A stretch of DNA of 64,000 bases from Alphaproteobacteria bacterium (GCA_963923945.1 OZ000551.1:1557580-1621579), one strand, 5' to 3'. Counted from the stretch's first letter, positions 52,486 through 64,000 are shown. Notes: generated by a model from the sequence alone, not told the origin. A program made the numbers and translations.

Positions 52486-52932
52486 TTATGCATTGGCCCG
52501 GGCGTGGCGTCTGGCCAGGGCGGCATCGCGATCATCCAGACCCAACAAGCCGACCACCCGGCGTATCAAGGCGGCTTCATAATCATGAACCACAGCATCG
52601 GCATCAACCACCCGCCATAATGCTTCGACAATTTTGAGCCGTTCTTGTTCCGAAAGATTCTGGGTCAAAAGACGGGTTTGGGCGAACAGATCAACCGCTT
52701 CTTTGGCCTTTTGTTCCGCCGCATTGAGCAGATGATCGGTCTCGGCTGCATCCAGTTCAAACAGCTCCATCAGCGCGGTGCTGATTTTTTTACGTTCATC
52801 ATCACAAAATGTCCCATCGGCCAAAGCCGCCTGAACCATCAATATGGCCGCAGCAGCACCGATGCGTGCCTCATGATCATCGGCCGTTTGCGGCTGATCA
52901 TCGCGGAGCAAGCGACGTAGACGATCCCACAT
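52486..52932 (-). CDS. TerB family (tellurite-resistance-like) protein
   Basis: The 148-aa product has a TerB-fold repeat pattern (…ADGTFCDDERKKISTALMELF…ALWRVVDADAVVHDYEAALIRRV…). Confidence 0.6.
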   Translation of the reverse strand: MWDRLRRLLRDDQPQTADDHEARIGAAAAILMVQAALADGTFCDDERKKISTALMELFELDAAETDHLLNAAEQKAKEAVDLFAQTRLLTQNLSEQERLKIVEALWRVVDADAVVHDYEAALIRRVVGLLGLDDRDAALARRHARANA

Positions 52933-52960
52933 GATGACTCCTTTTTGAGAAAAAACCCGA

Positions 52961-54421
52961 TCAGCCGGGCAGCGTTGACTCCCCCATCAGATAGGCATCA
53001 ACCGACCGGGCGGCTTGGCGTCCCTCACGGATGGCCCAAACAACCAGGGATTGTCCGCGCCGCATATCCCCGGCCACAAAGACATGATCCAGCGAACTGC
53101 GATAATCTTGATCATTGGCGGCAATATTGCCTTGTGAGTCACGTTCAAGCCCCAGCGTCTCCACCAGACCTTTACCAATCGGCCCGGTAAACCCCATCGC
53201 CAGGAGAACCAAATCAGCGGCAATATCAAAACGACTCCCGGTTATTTCTTTCATAGTCATGCGGCCTTGGGAATTGTCCTGCCAACGGACCCGATGCAGT
53301 TGCAGGGCACGTACCTGACGGCCACCCTCATCACCGATAAAACGGCTGGTGGCGACATTCCATTCCCGCTCTGCACCTTCTTCTTGCGATGAGGATGTCC
53401 GCATTTTGAGCGGCCAATGGGGCCAGGTCAGGCTTTTGTTTTCTTTTTCCGGCGGTCGATCAAGAATCTCCAGCTGAGTCACCGATGCGGCCCCTTGGCG
53501 GTTGGCGGTGCCGATACAATCCGAACCGGTATCCCCACCCCCGATGACCACCACATGTTTCCCTTGAGCCAAGATGGGGGCATTCCCGGAAGCGGTGGCT
53601 TCATCATCGCCTTCACAGCGTTTGTTCTGTTGGGTGAGAAAATCCATGGCAAAATGGATACCGCTCAAATCGCGTCCTGGAATGGGCAGATCACGGGGTT
53701 TCTCGGCCCCGGCCGCCAGAACAACCGCATCATGGGTGGCCAGAATATCGGCAACCGGCAGATCAATCCCGACTTCATGACCCGGTTTGAATTCAACCCC
53801 TTCAGCAACCATTTGCTCAACCCGACGATCAATGGCTGGTTTTTCCATTTTGAAATTGGGGATGCCGTAACGTAACAAGCCACCGATACGGTCGGCTTTT
53901 TCATAGATGATGATGCTGTGGCCGACCCGGGCCAACTGTTGCCCGCAAGCCAAGCCAGCCGGGCCGGAGCCGATGATCGCCACCCGTTTGCCGGTTTTAT
54001 GAGCAGCCGGTTGCGGCTTGACCCAGCCTTCTTGCCAACCCCGGTCAATGATCGCCCGTTCAATGCTTTTAATCGTGACCGGGTCATCGGTAATATTGAG
54101 GGTACAAGCGGCCTCACAAGGGGCCGGGCAAATACGGCCGGTAAATTCGGGAAAATTATTGGTCGCATGCAGAATCTCCAGAGCCCGGTGCCAATCGCCC
54201 CGATAGACCAGATCATTCCAATCGGGAATAATGTTATCGACCGGGCATCCTTGATGACAAAACGGAATCCCGCAATCCATACAGCGCGCGCCTTGGGCGG
54301 CCATGTCCTGCGCATCAAGGGGAAGAATGAATTCATCAAAGTGACGCAGCCGCTCCGCAACCGGGGCCGCCGCGGCTTCTTGACGATCAATCTCCAGAAA
54401 ACCAGTCGCTTTACCCATCAT
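52961..54421 (-). CDS. gltD: glutamate synthase (NADPH) small subunit
   Basis: The 486-aa product has Fe-S Cys clusters ([14 protein letters not shown]) and FAD/NAD Rossmann motifs ([25 protein letters not shown]). Confidence 0.9.
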   Translation of the reverse strand: MMGKATGFLEIDRQEAAAAPVAERLRHFDEFILPLDAQDMAAQGARCMDCGIPFCHQGCPVDNIIPDWNDLVYRGDWHRALEILHATNNFPEFTGRICPAPCEAACTLNITDDPVTIKSIERAIIDRGWQEGWVKPQPAAHKTGKRVAIIGSGPAGLACGQQLARVGHSIIIYEKADRIGGLLRYGIPNFKMEKPAIDRRVEQMVAEGVEFKPGHEVGIDLPVADILATHDAVVLAAGAEKPRDLPIPGRDLSGIHFAMDFLTQQNKRCEGDDEATASGNAPILAQGKHVVVIGGGDTGSDCIGTANRQGAASVTQLEILDRPPEKENKSLTWPHWPLKMRTSSSQEEGAEREWNVATSRFIGDEGGRQVRALQLHRVRWQDNSQGRMTMKEITGSRFDIAADLVLLAMGFTGPIGKGLVETLGLERDSQGNIAANDQDYRSSLDHVFVAGDMRRGQSLVVWAIREGRQAARSVDAYLMGESTLPG

Positions 54422-54466
54422 AAGAATCCATTAAAAAAACCCAATCCCCATGACCGCCGGGATCCA

Positions 54467-57400
54467 TTATTGTAGGGCTGGGGCGGCCATTTTTGCCGCC
54501 ACAACCGGATCTTTTTGGCTGAGCGCGCGCCGGTAATCACGCGGTGTGACTTTGATAAATTGGGATGCTGTTTGTGGCCAATTTTCAAGCAGACGGCCCG
54601 CTTGGTCCGAGTTGGTATAATGCAGATGCCGTTGCAAAAGATGCCGTAACCGCGCCTCATCTTGGTGTAATAAATTGCCCATGAGAGTGCCCAAATCACT
54701 CCTGCCCAAATCACCATTATGCGCTGTCTTGTTCAATCGGCTGTTCAAAGGGGCTTTCTCATCCTCTGTTAAACCGACAGGCTCAATATCGACCATGCCG
54801 GGATTGCAACGGCGTTCAAATTGACCATCCGCATCCAAAATATAGGCAATCCCACCACTCATTCCAGCGGCAAAATTGCGCCCGGTGGGACCAAGACAAA
54901 CCACCACCCCGCCGGTCATATATTCGCAACAATGGTCACCAACCCCCTCAATCACCGCCACCGCACCGGAGTTGCGCACCGCGAATCGCTCCCCCGCCAC
55001 ACCCCGGAAATAGCATTCCCCGGCAATCGCGCCATATAATACCGTGTTGCCAACAATGATGTTCTCTTCGGCCTTGAAAGGCGACCGCGCGGGTGGATAG
55101 ACCACCAACCGGCCGCCAGATAATCCTTTGCCGACATAATCATTGGCTTCACCAATCAATTCCATCGTCACACCTTTGGTGAGAAAAGCACCGAAACTTT
55201 GACCGGCCGTACCTTGGGCCCGAATCACAATACAATCATCAGGCAACCCTTTAAATCCGTAGCGTTTGGCAATCTCCCCCGACAACATGGCACCGGTGGT
55301 TCGATCATGGTTGCCGATTGTTGTTTCAATATGCACCGGCTTGCCGTGATCAAGGGCCGGTCGCGCTTGTTTAATCAGGCGTCGATCGAGAACGGTTTCG
55401 ATATCATGGATTTGTCGTTCACGGTTGCGGATGGCCACATGGTCGGGGACTGCGGGTTTTTTCAGCAGACGACCAAAATCCAAGCCTTTGGCTTTCCAAT
55501 GATCAACCGCATCCCGGGTATTCAGGCGATCCATTTGGCCAATCATGGCATCAATGGTGGTAAAACCCAGTTCAGCCATCAAAGAGCGGGCTTCCTCGGC
55601 GACAAAGAAAAAATAATTGATCACATGCTCCGGCGTTCCGGTGAATCGTTTACGCAATTCTGGGTTTTGAGTGGCCACCCCGACCGGGCAGGTATTGAGA
55701 TGACATTTACGCATCATGATGCAGCCAGCCGCAATCAGCGGCGCGCTGGAAAAACCGAATTCATCGGCTCCCAACAACGCCCCAATCACCACATCACGGC
55801 CGGTGCGCAATCCCCCATCGACTTGGACCGAGACCCGTCCGCGCAGATTATTGAGGACAAGGGTTTGATGGGTTTCAGCCAAGCCGATTTCCCAGGGGCT
55901 GCCGGCATGACGGATTGAGGTCAGCGGTGACGCCCCGGTTCCGCCGTCATAACCGGCGATGGTGATATGGTCGGCCCGGGCTTTGACGACTCCGGCCGCC
56001 ACCGTCCCGACCCCAACCTCAGAAGCCAGCTTGACGCTGATTCGAGCGGTTGGATTGACATTCTTGAGATCATAAATCAGCTGGGCCAGATCTTCAATCG
56101 AGTAGATATCATGATGGGGTGGGGGTGAGATCAAACCGACCCCCGGGGTGGCATAGCGCACCTTGGCAATCACATCATCAACCTTATGGCCGGGGAGTTG
56201 TCCCCCTTCTCCCGGTTTGGCACCCTGGCAGATTTTGATCTGAATATCATCGGCATTCACCAGATATTCGGTGGTGACCCCGAAACGTCCGGAAGCCACT
56301 TGTTTGATCGCCGAGCGCATGGAGTCGCCATTGGGCAACGGCTGAAATCGTTCCGGTTCCTCACCCCCTTCGCCGGTGTTTGACTTGCCACCGATCCGAT
56401 TCATCGCCACCGCCAAAGTGGTATGGGCTTCGCGTGAAATAGACCCGAAAGACATGGCCCCGGTCACAAAGCGTTTGACAATATTTTCCGCCGACTCAAC
56501 CGCCTCAAGCGGTACCGGGTCACCGGGCGTGAATGCCATCAGCCCCCTCAAGGTCAGGAGTTGGGTGTTTTGGATATTCACCCCATCGGCAAATTGGCGA
56601 TATTTTTCCGGCAAGCCGCCCCGGACCGCATGTTGGAGATCAGCAATCGAATGGGGGTTCCAGACATGGGATTCACCGCGCAAACGAAAGGCATATTCAC
56701 CCCCGACATCCAAAGAGCGGTTTTGGTTTTTTCCATAAGCCAGACGTCCGTAGGCCAAACGGTGGCGGCGTATGGATTCTTCGGCCACTTCAGCCAGACC
56801 AATACCCTCAACCGTGGTCGCGGTGCCGGGAAAATAGGTATTAACAAAATGGCTGTTGAGGCCAACGGCGTCAAAAATTTGGGCACCACAATAAGATTGA
56901 TAGGTTGATATGCCCATCTTGGACATAATTTTAAGCAGGGCCTTACCGCATGCTTTGATATAATGGGCACGCGCTTCCTCAGGCGATAAATCGCCACGTC
57001 GCACCGCCAAATCTCTCAGAGTCTCAAAAGCCAGATAGGGGTTGATGGCCTCAGCCCCATAGCCGGCCAAAACCGCAAAATGATGCAGTTCGCGCGCTTC
57101 GCCGGTTTCGACCACCAGGCCGGTTCTGGTGCGCCGCCCTTGGGCAACCAGATGATGATGAACCGCCGCGGTGGCCAACAAGGCCGGAATGGCAATATGT
57201 TCCGGCCCCATCTGGCGATCAGACAGAATCAGAATGTTATTCCCATTAGCCAGAGCCTCTTCGGCCTCGCGCAATACCCGGTCAAGGGCTGCTTTCAGAC
57301 CGTCACATCCGGTAGCGGCGGCAAAGGTGATATCAAGGGTTCGGGCGCGAAAAAAACCATCATTCTGGGTCCCGATGGTTCGAATTTTTGCCAGATCATC

Positions 57401-59158
57401 ATCGGTCAAAATCGGCTGGGGAACTTCCAGATGCTGATGCCCCTGGCTCCCTTCAAGATCAAATAAATTGGGTCGTGGTCCGACCAGGGAAGCCAAGGAC
57501 ATGACCAATTCTTCACGGATCGGATCAATGGCCGGGTTGGTCACTTGGGCAAAACATTGCTTGAAATAAGAATAGAGGGTTTTTGGCTGATCAGAGAGCA
57601 CCGAAAGCGGTGTATCCACCCCCATTGAGCCGGTGGGTTCTTGACCCGATTGGGCCATCGGCTCCAGGAAGAAGGCAATATCCTCGCGGCTGTACCCAAA
57701 GGCTTGCTGACGCTTGAGCAAGGCTTCCGGGTCATGCTGGGCGGTCTGAGTTTTTGGCGGGGGTATGTCGGCCAGCCGGATTCGGTTGGCGTGCAACCAT
57801 TCGCGATAAGGATATTCGGCAACAATCCGGCTTTTGATCTCCGAATCATCAATGATTCGCCCTTCCTCAAGATCAATCAGCAGCATTTTCCCCGGTTGTA
57901 GACGCCATTTTTTGACAATCTTGTCAGCGGGGACATCCAGGACTCCCATCTCTGAGGCCATCAACACCATATCATCATCGGTCACCAGATAGCGGGCCGG
58001 CCGCAACCCATTGCGGTCAAGGGTGGCCCCGATTTGGCGGCCATCGGTAAAAGCGATGGCTGCTGGACCATCCCAAGGTTCCATAAAGGCGGCATGATGT
58101 TCGTAAAAAGCCCGTCTATGTGGATCCATCAGATCATTATCGGACCAGGCCTCGGGGATCATCAACATCATGGCATGGGCCAGCGAATAGCCACCCGCCA
58201 ATAGGAATTCAAACGCGTGATCAGCACAAGCTGAATCCGACAATCCTTCCGGAATCAATGGCCATACCTTGTTGATATCAGAACCCAAAACCTGCGACGT
58301 AAGGGATGCCCGACGGGCATTCATCCAGTTCAGATTGCCGCGCAATGTATTGATTTCGCCGTTGTGACAGAGCAGCCGAAACGGTTGCGCCAAACTCCAT
58401 GTCGGAAAGGTATTGGTGGAAAAACGCTGATGGACCAGAGACAAAGCGGATTCAACCCGCTGATCGCGCAGATCAAGGAAATAACGCCCGACATCGGCGG
58501 ATAAGACCATGCCTTTATAAACCACGGTCCGGGACGATAGGGAGGCGATATAGAAATCATCCTGGCCAATGCCTTGGTTTAAGGCCCAATTTTCGGCTTG
58601 TTTACGGATGATGTAAAGGATGCGTTCAAAAGCGGCTTGGTCACTATAGTCCTTCCCAGCCGCAACCACGACTTGACGTATGAGGGGTGCTTTTCCTTTG
58701 ACCGTTTCACCCAAAACCGAAGAGTCACAGGGAACATCGCGCCAGCCCAGAACATCTTGCCCTTCGGCGGCAATCAATTCCTCCAACTGTTTCTGGCAGC
58801 GATTATGGAGATTGTTATCCATCGGCATATACACCATGCCCAAGCCGTAGCGACCCGCTGGCGGCAGTTGGAACCCCAGGCTTTCTGCTTGGGCACGTAA
58901 AAATCGATCCGGGAGTTGCAACAACATACCCGCTCCATCACCGGCTTGCGGGTCGGCCCCCACCGCGCCACGATGGGCCAAATTTTTCAAGATGGTCAGA
59001 CCGTGGTCAATGATGGTGTGGCTTTTGACATTTTTTACATTGGCGACAAAACCGATCCCGCAGGAATCTTTTTCATGACGGGGGTCATACAGTCCTTGCG
59101 CTTCAGGCAGACCGACCGAATATGAAGATGCAGAATATGAAAATGTTTGTTGTCGCAT
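54467..59158 (-). CDS. gltB: glutamate synthase large subunit
   Basis: The 1563-aa product has an Ntn amidotransferase N-terminus (CGIGFVA), an FMN/3Fe-4S central domain and a GXGXG C-terminal domain. Confidence 0.95.
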   Translation of the reverse strand: MRQQTFSYSASSYSVGLPEAQGLYDPRHEKDSCGIGFVANVKNVKSHTIIDHGLTILKNLAHRGAVGADPQAGDGAGMLLQLPDRFLRAQAESLGFQLPPAGRYGLGMVYMPMDNNLHNRCQKQLEELIAAEGQDVLGWRDVPCDSSVLGETVKGKAPLIRQVVVAAGKDYSDQAAFERILYIIRKQAENWALNQGIGQDDFYIASLSSRTVVYKGMVLSADVGRYFLDLRDQRVESALSLVHQRFSTNTFPTWSLAQPFRLLCHNGEINTLRGNLNWMNARRASLTSQVLGSDINKVWPLIPEGLSDSACADHAFEFLLAGGYSLAHAMMLMIPEAWSDNDLMDPHRRAFYEHHAAFMEPWDGPAAIAFTDGRQIGATLDRNGLRPARYLVTDDDMVLMASEMGVLDVPADKIVKKWRLQPGKMLLIDLEEGRIIDDSEIKSRIVAEYPYREWLHANRIRLADIPPPKTQTAQHDPEALLKRQQAFGYSREDIAFFLEPMAQSGQEPTGSMGVDTPLSVLSDQPKTLYSYFKQCFAQVTNPAIDPIREELVMSLASLVGPRPNLFDLEGSQGHQHLEVPQPILTDDDLAKIRTIGTQNDGFFRARTLDITFAAATGCDGLKAALDRVLREAEEALANGNNILILSDRQMGPEHIAIPALLATAAVHHHLVAQGRRTRTGLVVETGEARELHHFAVLAGYGAEAINPYLAFETLRDLAVRRGDLSPEEARAHYIKACGKALLKIMSKMGISTYQSYCGAQIFDAVGLNSHFVNTYFPGTATTVEGIGLAEVAEESIRRHRLAYGRLAYGKNQNRSLDVGGEYAFRLRGESHVWNPHSIADLQHAVRGGLPEKYRQFADGVNIQNTQLLTLRGLMAFTPGDPVPLEAVESAENIVKRFVTGAMSFGSISREAHTTLAVAMNRIGGKSNTGEGGEEPERFQPLPNGDSMRSAIKQVASGRFGVTTEYLVNADDIQIKICQGAKPGEGGQLPGHKVDDVIAKVRYATPGVGLISPPPHHDIYSIEDLAQLIYDLKNVNPTARISVKLASEVGVGTVAAGVVKARADHITIAGYDGGTGASPLTSIRHAGSPWEIGLAETHQTLVLNNLRGRVSVQVDGGLRTGRDVVIGALLGADEFGFSSAPLIAAGCIMMRKCHLNTCPVGVATQNPELRKRFTGTPEHVINYFFFVAEEARSLMAELGFTTIDAMIGQMDRLNTRDAVDHWKAKGLDFGRLLKKPAVPDHVAIRNRERQIHDIETVLDRRLIKQARPALDHGKPVHIETTIGNHDRTTGAMLSGEIAKRYGFKGLPDDCIVIRAQGTAGQSFGAFLTKGVTMELIGEANDYVGKGLSGGRLVVYPPARSPFKAEENIIVGNTVLYGAIAGECYFRGVAGERFAVRNSGAVAVIEGVGDHCCEYMTGGVVVCLGPTGRNFAAGMSGGIAYILDADGQFERRCNPGMVDIEPVGLTEDEKAPLNSRLNKTAHNGDLGRSDLGTLMGNLLHQDEARLRHLLQRHLHYTNSDQAGRLLENWPQTASQFIKVTPRDYRRALSQKDPVVAAKMAAPALQ

Positions 59159-59528
59159 GAATATATCTGGTCATAACCGCTGTAATCGCATCCAATCATT
59201 GGGGTGATATTTCCCATATGGGATGCCAAGCTTTGTCCGGCAACTGTTTTCGGGGCAAGGAAACTAGCGGAAAAAGGCTCTTCAGGTAAAGCCCCTGATC
59301 AGATTGGTTGATTTTTTAGGCACAGAAAGGGCTGGTTGATCCTCCATGAAACCTTATGATAACCTCTATTTTATGGTCTCCTCTGGTTGCTGGTTTTGGC
59401 TTTCTTGACATTACATTTGGCATAACGGATAGATTGCCAATATAGGAAATCAGGCAACGGTATGAGACAAAAGAATTATCATTAAGAAAGAATTATCATT
59501 AAGTAAGAGACAAGAGTGAGAGACAATT

Positions 59529-60404
59529 ATGAAGAAAATTTTTATCGGCATCGGTCTGTTGGCTGTCTTTATCATCGGTGTGGGGATTTATGTCGCTAGT
59601 AATCTCGGCTCCATCGTTAAAGCGGCGATTGAAGAATATGGATCGCAAGCCGCCGGAGCCCCGGTCACGGTTGGCAGCGTTGATATCGAATTGGATCAGG
59701 GGAGTGCGGCCATTCATACCCTTTCTCTGGGCAACCCCCCTGGTTTCAACGCCTCCAGCGCCTTTGATATGGGCCGGATCAGCGTCACCCTGGCCCCGGA
59801 TTGGAAACAAGGGGATACGATTGTCATTGATGAAATTATGGTCGATAAGCCAAAAGTCACGTATGAATTGGCCGAGCAGGGGAGCAATTTCGACATTCTC
59901 AAGGCCAATATGCAAAAAGCCGCTGGCGACTCCTCGAAAACCGGTTCAGATGCGCAATCTAAGGAATCCCAATCCAAGGAATCCCAATCCAAGGAATCCA
60001 AAGTCTCGGTCATTATCAATAATTTCCGGCTCCAAAATGGGGAAATTGCCGCGACCGCCCCTATCCTCGGCGGAAAAACGCTCAGCTTGCCGTTGCCGAA
60101 TCTGCATCTGACCGATATCGGTAAAGATAAAGGCGGGATTGGTCCCGATGAAGTTGCTCAGAAGATTTTGAGTGCTCTGGAAAGCAATGTAACCAAATCG
60201 GTAACCAATCTTGATTTTGGCGTGGTCGGTGATGCCGCCAAAGCGGCTAAGGAAAAAATCGGCGCGATCACCGAAGGCGTGACGGATCGTGTTGATGAGA
60301 TGGTTGGTGGTGATGCCGGAGCGGCGGCTGATGCCATCGGTAAAAACTTGGATAAGAATCTGGATGATGCTGGGAATGCAGTGAAATCTTTATTCGGCAA
60401 TTAA
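59529..60404 (+). CDS. membrane-anchored hypothetical protein (DUF748/AsmA-like N-terminal region) with in-frame KESQS x3 tandem repeat
   Basis: The 291-aa product has an N-terminal TM (IFIGIGLLAVFIIGVGIYVA). An internal 15-bp x3 DNA repeat (59955-59999) codes SKESQSKESQSKESK. Confidence 0.5.
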   Translation: MKKIFIGIGLLAVFIIGVGIYVASNLGSIVKAAIEEYGSQAAGAPVTVGSVDIELDQGSAAIHTLSLGNPPGFNASSAFDMGRISVTLAPDWKQGDTIVIDEIMVDKPKVTYELAEQGSNFDILKANMQKAAGDSSKTGSDAQSKESQSKESQSKESKVSVIINNFRLQNGEIAATAPILGGKTLSLPLPNLHLTDIGKDKGGIGPDEVAQKILSALESNVTKSVTNLDFGVVGDAAKAAKEKIGAITEGVTDRVDEMVGGDAGAAADAIGKNLDKNLDDAGNAVKSLFGN

Positions 60405-60665
60405 GACCATTCCACTGCCGATCATGCGGCAGAAAATGGCCGACCATTCTTGGTTTATATTTGAGCAGGCCTATCTTTTGGTGCATGTCTTAACTTGTGT
60501 CTCGGTGGGGGCTGAAAAGCCGACATCAATGAGCGCCAGTGTCAATCGGCACCGGTGCCAACAAACAATAAGACCCGACCATATATTGACTCTTGCATTG
60601 TGAATGCCGTTGTTCTGTTTTGCTGGCTGGTACAGCGGCTTCAGAGCCGCATCATGTGGAGAGAG

Positions 60666-61013
60666 TTAATTGGCGTCTGGGCGGGCCAAGCGGCTGATCT
60701 TGACCGCGATTCGATCATTGACCACCACCACTTGTCCGTAAGCAATCAGTTTGCCTGATGCAAAGAGAGTGACATCCTCTTTGACTTTTTGGTCGAGTTC
60801 AATGATGGCCCCGCGTCCCAGCTTCAAGAGATTGCTGACTTCCATATGGGCTGACCCCAAAATGGCCCGCAATTCCAAAGTGACGTCGTAAAGCGCGTCA
60901 TCCCGGTCATCATCGCTGGTGGCCGGTTGCGGCGGGCTCTGATCATCGCTGGCCGGTTGAGAATCCGTCTTGGTTATACCGGCTGCTTGGTCATCTGTTT
61001 GATCTGACATCAC
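60666..61013 (-). CDS. fliN: FliN/SpoA-domain protein (flagellar motor switch FliN-like), orphan
   Basis: The C-terminal SpoA domain (VTLELRAILGSAHMEVSNLLKLGRGAIIELDQKVKEDVTLFASGKLIAYGQVVVVNDRIAVKI) follows an acidic low-complexity N-terminus. No other fli genes are in the window. Confidence 0.6.
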   Translation of the reverse strand: MMSDQTDDQAAGITKTDSQPASDDQSPPQPATSDDDRDDALYDVTLELRAILGSAHMEVSNLLKLGRGAIIELDQKVKEDVTLFASGKLIAYGQVVVVNDRIAVKISRLARPDAN

Positions 61014-61192
61014 CGGTTCCCTCTATTTTTTGCTCTTGCTTGGGGCTATTTTTAAGAATCCCCAGTTCAATCCAATATCTTCATCCAAGATCGTTTCATA
61101 TGCAATGCATAAACGCAAAAAATAAGGTAGAGGATACCAGGATATCGTAAGAAATGATGCCGTAATCGGCATATAGTCAGAAAAAGGCTATC

Positions 61193-61948
61193 ATGCATTC
61201 GCACAAGAAACCGTTGTTCTTCAGGCAGTTTGAAGAATGGGCAAAATATGGTCTCGTACCGGGTCGGCTCTATATCGCCAATTTGGCCCGCCGGAATATG
61301 GGCAAGGGGCAGCCGGAATTGGCTTACGCGCGTGATCATTTTGCCGACCGGGGGAAAATTTTTGTCGATATTGGGGCCAATAAGGGCTTATGGTCATGGG
61401 TGCTGGCACCGGGTTTTGCTGCGGTTCATGCTTTTGAACCCAATCCGAAAAACTTCCGCTTGCTGACCAAGTGGCGGCGGGCCAATGTTTTCAAATATGC
61501 GGTCGCGTTGTCTGACCAGGATGGAACGGCACAACTGCGCATTCCGCGTGGGGTCGGCCAATTTTCCGACAATATGGGTTCGCTTCAGCCTCCCACCGGG
61601 ACGACAAACCACACCGCGGTTGAGGTTGCGACTCGGTGCCTTGATTCTTACGATTTGTTCGATGTCGGCCTGATCAAGATTGATGTTGAGGGCCATGAGG
61701 AGGCGGTTTTGAAGGGCGCATGGGGCATCATCGAACGTGACCAGCCGGTGCTTATCATTGAAATGCTGGATAACCAATCCCCATTGATAGAGAGAATGGC
61801 ACCCTTGTTCGCCCGGGATTATGCCTGTTATTCTATCCGAGAAGGTTCATGCATACGCCTTGGCGATGGGCATAGCAATCGCAGGTTAGCCAATACCGGG
61901 TCGTATTGTCGGGATTTTATTTTTCTCCCCAAACATCTGAATATTTGA
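61193..61948 (+). CDS. FkbM family methyltransferase
   Basis: The 251-aa product has a SAM-binding motif (FVDIGANKGLWS) and the FkbM core (KIDVEGHEEAVLKGA). Confidence 0.7.
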   Translation: MHSHKKPLFFRQFEEWAKYGLVPGRLYIANLARRNMGKGQPELAYARDHFADRGKIFVDIGANKGLWSWVLAPGFAAVHAFEPNPKNFRLLTKWRRANVFKYAVALSDQDGTAQLRIPRGVGQFSDNMGSLQPPTGTTNHTAVEVATRCLDSYDLFDVGLIKIDVEGHEEAVLKGAWGIIERDQPVLIIEMLDNQSPLIERMAPLFARDYACYSIREGSCIRLGDGHSNRRLANTGSYCRDFIFLPKHLNI

Positions 61949-62088
61949 CATAGAGGGTGAGAGCAATGACCCGATGCTGTGACCATACATGCCCACTCAT
62001 GCTGTTTATCATGTTATTTATGTAGAGCATTTATACCAAAAACCGATTATTATCCCTCATCATTCTCATATTCAGCGGTGACCATAAA

Positions 62089-63354
62089 ATGGATTTATTT
62101 TCCAAAGCCCGCAGCCGTCTTGATGAAGCGGCCCGTCATATTGATATCCATTCCGATGTTTTGGAGAAACTGCGCTACCCCAAGGAGACCCTGGCGGCCA
62201 ATCTTCTGGTGCGGATGGATGATGGTTCGCGTAAATCCTTCAAGGCGTGGCGGTGTCGCTATGACGATACCCTCGGGCCGACCAAAGGCGGTATTCGCTA
62301 TCATCCGGCGGTCAATATGGAAGAAGTGATGACCTTGGCGTTCTGGATGACCTTCAAATGCGCGGTGGCCGGCTTGCCGTTTGGCGGCGGCAAGGGCGGC
62401 ATACAGGTGGATACCAAGACTCTCTCCAAAGCCGAGTTGGAGCGGTTATCGCGCACCTATGCCCATGCGTTCAGCCGCTTTATCGGCCCTGACCGTGATA
62501 TTCCGGCTCCCGATGTATCAACCAACTCTATCGTCATGGGCTGGATTGCCGATGAATATGGCTCAATTATTGGTCATCCTTCTCCAGCCGTGATCACCGG
62601 TAAGCCGATTGCGCTTGGCGGCTCACGGGGTCGTGAAGATGCCACCGGGCGCGGCGGATATTTGAGTCTTCATCGAATGCTTGATGATTTTGGCCTGAAA
62701 CCGCACAGCAGTCGGGTTGCTTTTCAGGGTTTTGGCAATGCCGCCAGCCATTGTGCGCGTCTTTTATCCAGCGATGGGTTCAAGATTGTTGCGGCCTCTG
62801 ATTCGCGCGGTGCGATTGCCGCCAAGGGTGACCACTTGGACCTTGATGCGGTGCTGGCCCATAAGCAGCAGAGCGGTGCCCTGGATGGGGCACCGGGAAC
62901 CCGGTCCATCAGCCCAGCTGATCTGATTGCCTATGATTGTGACATTCTGATTCCGGCTGCTTTGGAAAATCAGATCAACCAGAACAATGCCCCTACAGTC
63001 CAAGCCAAGGTCATTTTGGAACTGGCCAACGGCCCGATCACCCCGGAAGCTGACGCCATTCTTGAAAAAGCCGGGGTGACAGTGATCCCGGATATTCTGG
63101 CCAATGCTGGCGGGGTGACGGTGTCTTATTTTGAATGGGTACAAAACCGGGCCGGTTTTTACTGGCCGGAAAGCGATATCCGTCAGCGTTTGGCTGATAT
63201 GCTTGAACCCAGTGCCGATGCCATTCGTGATTTGGCTCGTCATCATGGTGTCTCTTTGCGCACCGCCGCCTATATCCTGGCTCTGAAACGTATCGCTACG
63301 GCCATCGCCGCCCAAGGGACACAGGATTTTTTCTCTCAAGTCGAGCGTCGGTGA
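62089..63354 (+). CDS. gdh: Glu/Leu/Phe/Val dehydrogenase family, glutamate dehydrogenase
   Basis: The 421-aa product has the catalytic Lys region (KGGIRYHP…GLPFGGGKGGI) and the Rossmann motif (AFQGFGNAASHCA). Confidence 0.9.
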   Translation: MDLFSKARSRLDEAARHIDIHSDVLEKLRYPKETLAANLLVRMDDGSRKSFKAWRCRYDDTLGPTKGGIRYHPAVNMEEVMTLAFWMTFKCAVAGLPFGGGKGGIQVDTKTLSKAELERLSRTYAHAFSRFIGPDRDIPAPDVSTNSIVMGWIADEYGSIIGHPSPAVITGKPIALGGSRGREDATGRGGYLSLHRMLDDFGLKPHSSRVAFQGFGNAASHCARLLSSDGFKIVAASDSRGAIAAKGDHLDLDAVLAHKQQSGALDGAPGTRSISPADLIAYDCDILIPAALENQINQNNAPTVQAKVILELANGPITPEADAILEKAGVTVIPDILANAGGVTVSYFEWVQNRAGFYWPESDIRQRLADMLEPSADAIRDLARHHGVSLRTAAYILALKRIATAIAAQGTQDFFSQVERR

Positions 63355-63473
63355 TCCTTAAAAACCGCGAATATAATCTTTAAGCCCGCCTCCCGGCGTC
63401 CGTGTTGTCATTCAAGAATGCTCAAAAAGATATCCGGAGGTCCCTATCTCTGTTCTGATATTTATACATATAT

Positions 63474-64000
63474 TTACACAAAGCCACCGACCAAATGGCA
63501 TGGGGTGCCGCCCAGCCCGCGTTTGAAGGCGGTGACCCCCTCGGCGGTATGGGGATTGAGACCGCCAAGGTCAAACCAATCAACCCGGTTGGCGCGCAAG
63601 CGTTGAATGGCTTGCCACAACAGCCAGTGATGGGCCCGTGATTGACGTCCGCGGGTATCACTCCAGGCGGCGACATAGGTTGCCGCTTGGCCATGCCGGG
63701 CGATCATCACCCCGGCAATAATATTGGTGTCATTGACACTGGCGCTATCGGTGTGCCCTGATTGTCGAGCGGCCAGCAACCAAAGATCATGACAACCGCG
63801 CGCTTGACTCTTTAAATGGCCGAGAAAAGCCGGGCTGGGGCCGCGATAGCCCTTGGTCTGTTTGTCTGTATCGTAAGCGGCCATCACTTGGTTGAAGGCC
63901 GGTCCGCGCTCAAGGGTTTCGCAGATCAGGTCGCCCCGCTCTGCTTGGGTCAGGGCATGACGCCATTTTCCTTTCATCTGGGCCCGGATGGTTTTGAGGG
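63474..64000 (-). CDS. FemAB/GNAT-like peptidoglycan peptide-bridge transferase family protein, partial (5' end beyond window)
   Basis: Has a FemAB-type C-terminal half (…YVAAWSDTRGRQSRAHHWLLWQAIQRLRANRVDWFDLGGL…). The frame stays open to the window edge upstream of the annotated Met at 63977. Confidence 0.45.
   Translation of the reverse strand, partial: LKTIRAQMKGKWRHALTQAERGDLICETLERGPAFNQVMAAYDTDKQTKGYRGPSPAFLGHLKSQARGCHDLWLLAARQSGHTDSASVNDTNIIAGVMIARHGQAATYVAAWSDTRGRQSRAHHWLLWQAIQRLRANRVDWFDLGGLNPHTAEGVTAFKRGLGGTPCHLVGGFV

Noticed and set aside
55199-55918. 239-aa plus-strand ORF antisense to gltB, and other 60-140-aa ORFs within gltB and gltD (for example 53665-54390 minus)
   Set aside because: They are fully contained within, or out of frame with, long conserved glutamate synthase genes and have no independent signals.

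Overview
This 64-kb window looks like a chromosomal segment from an alphaproteobacterium, most plausibly Rhizobiales-like. The evidence is an overlapping thrB-rnhA pair, a ctaCDBGE-surf1 cytochrome oxidase block and Tad/Cpa pilus genes. Coding GC is roughly 48-52% with very AT-rich intergenic spacers; the taxon is an inference, not verified.

Gene content:
- Housekeeping: thrB, rnhA, a peroxiredoxin, DsbD/ScsB-like reductase, YqgE, a GNAT acetyltransferase, M16 peptidase, thrC and an M32 carboxypeptidase.
- Cytochrome oxidase block: SURF1, DUF983, ctaE, ctaG, a 45-aa coupled mini-ORF that the ORF track missed, ctaB, ctaD and ctaC.
- After the oxidase block: tldD, an orphan flp pilin, BI-1/YccA and an aldo-keto reductase.
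- Tad/Flp pilus locus (22.0-38.9 kb): on the minus strand tadG-tadE-tadF-flp, a terminator, a 540-bp AT-rich spacer, then cpaA-cpaB-cpaC-cpaD-cpaE-cpaF-tadB-tadC. A second tadG-like gene, aqpZ and asd are embedded in it.
- Next: an esterase, an HNH endonuclease convergently overlapping dsbB, DedA/YqaA and tRNA-Leu(CAA).
- Putative genomic islet after the tRNA: a GT2 glycosyltransferase, a low-GC polytopic Wzy/O-antigen-ligase-like membrane protein, an IS5-superfamily transposase remnant, and a coupled operon of a flippase-like (LPG-synthase-TM) protein plus two tandem paralogous membrane proteins with C-terminal winged-helix-like domains.
- Remainder: ppx, ppk, sixA, terB, gltD, gltB, a repeat-containing exported protein, an orphan fliN-like gene, an FkbM methyltransferase, gdh and a partial FemAB-like gene.

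A recurring theme is 12-18-bp tandem direct repeats (mostly 15 bp, 2-4 copies) in intergenic 5' regions and in-frame inside several genes. I found no CRISPR array, rRNA or intact mobile element.
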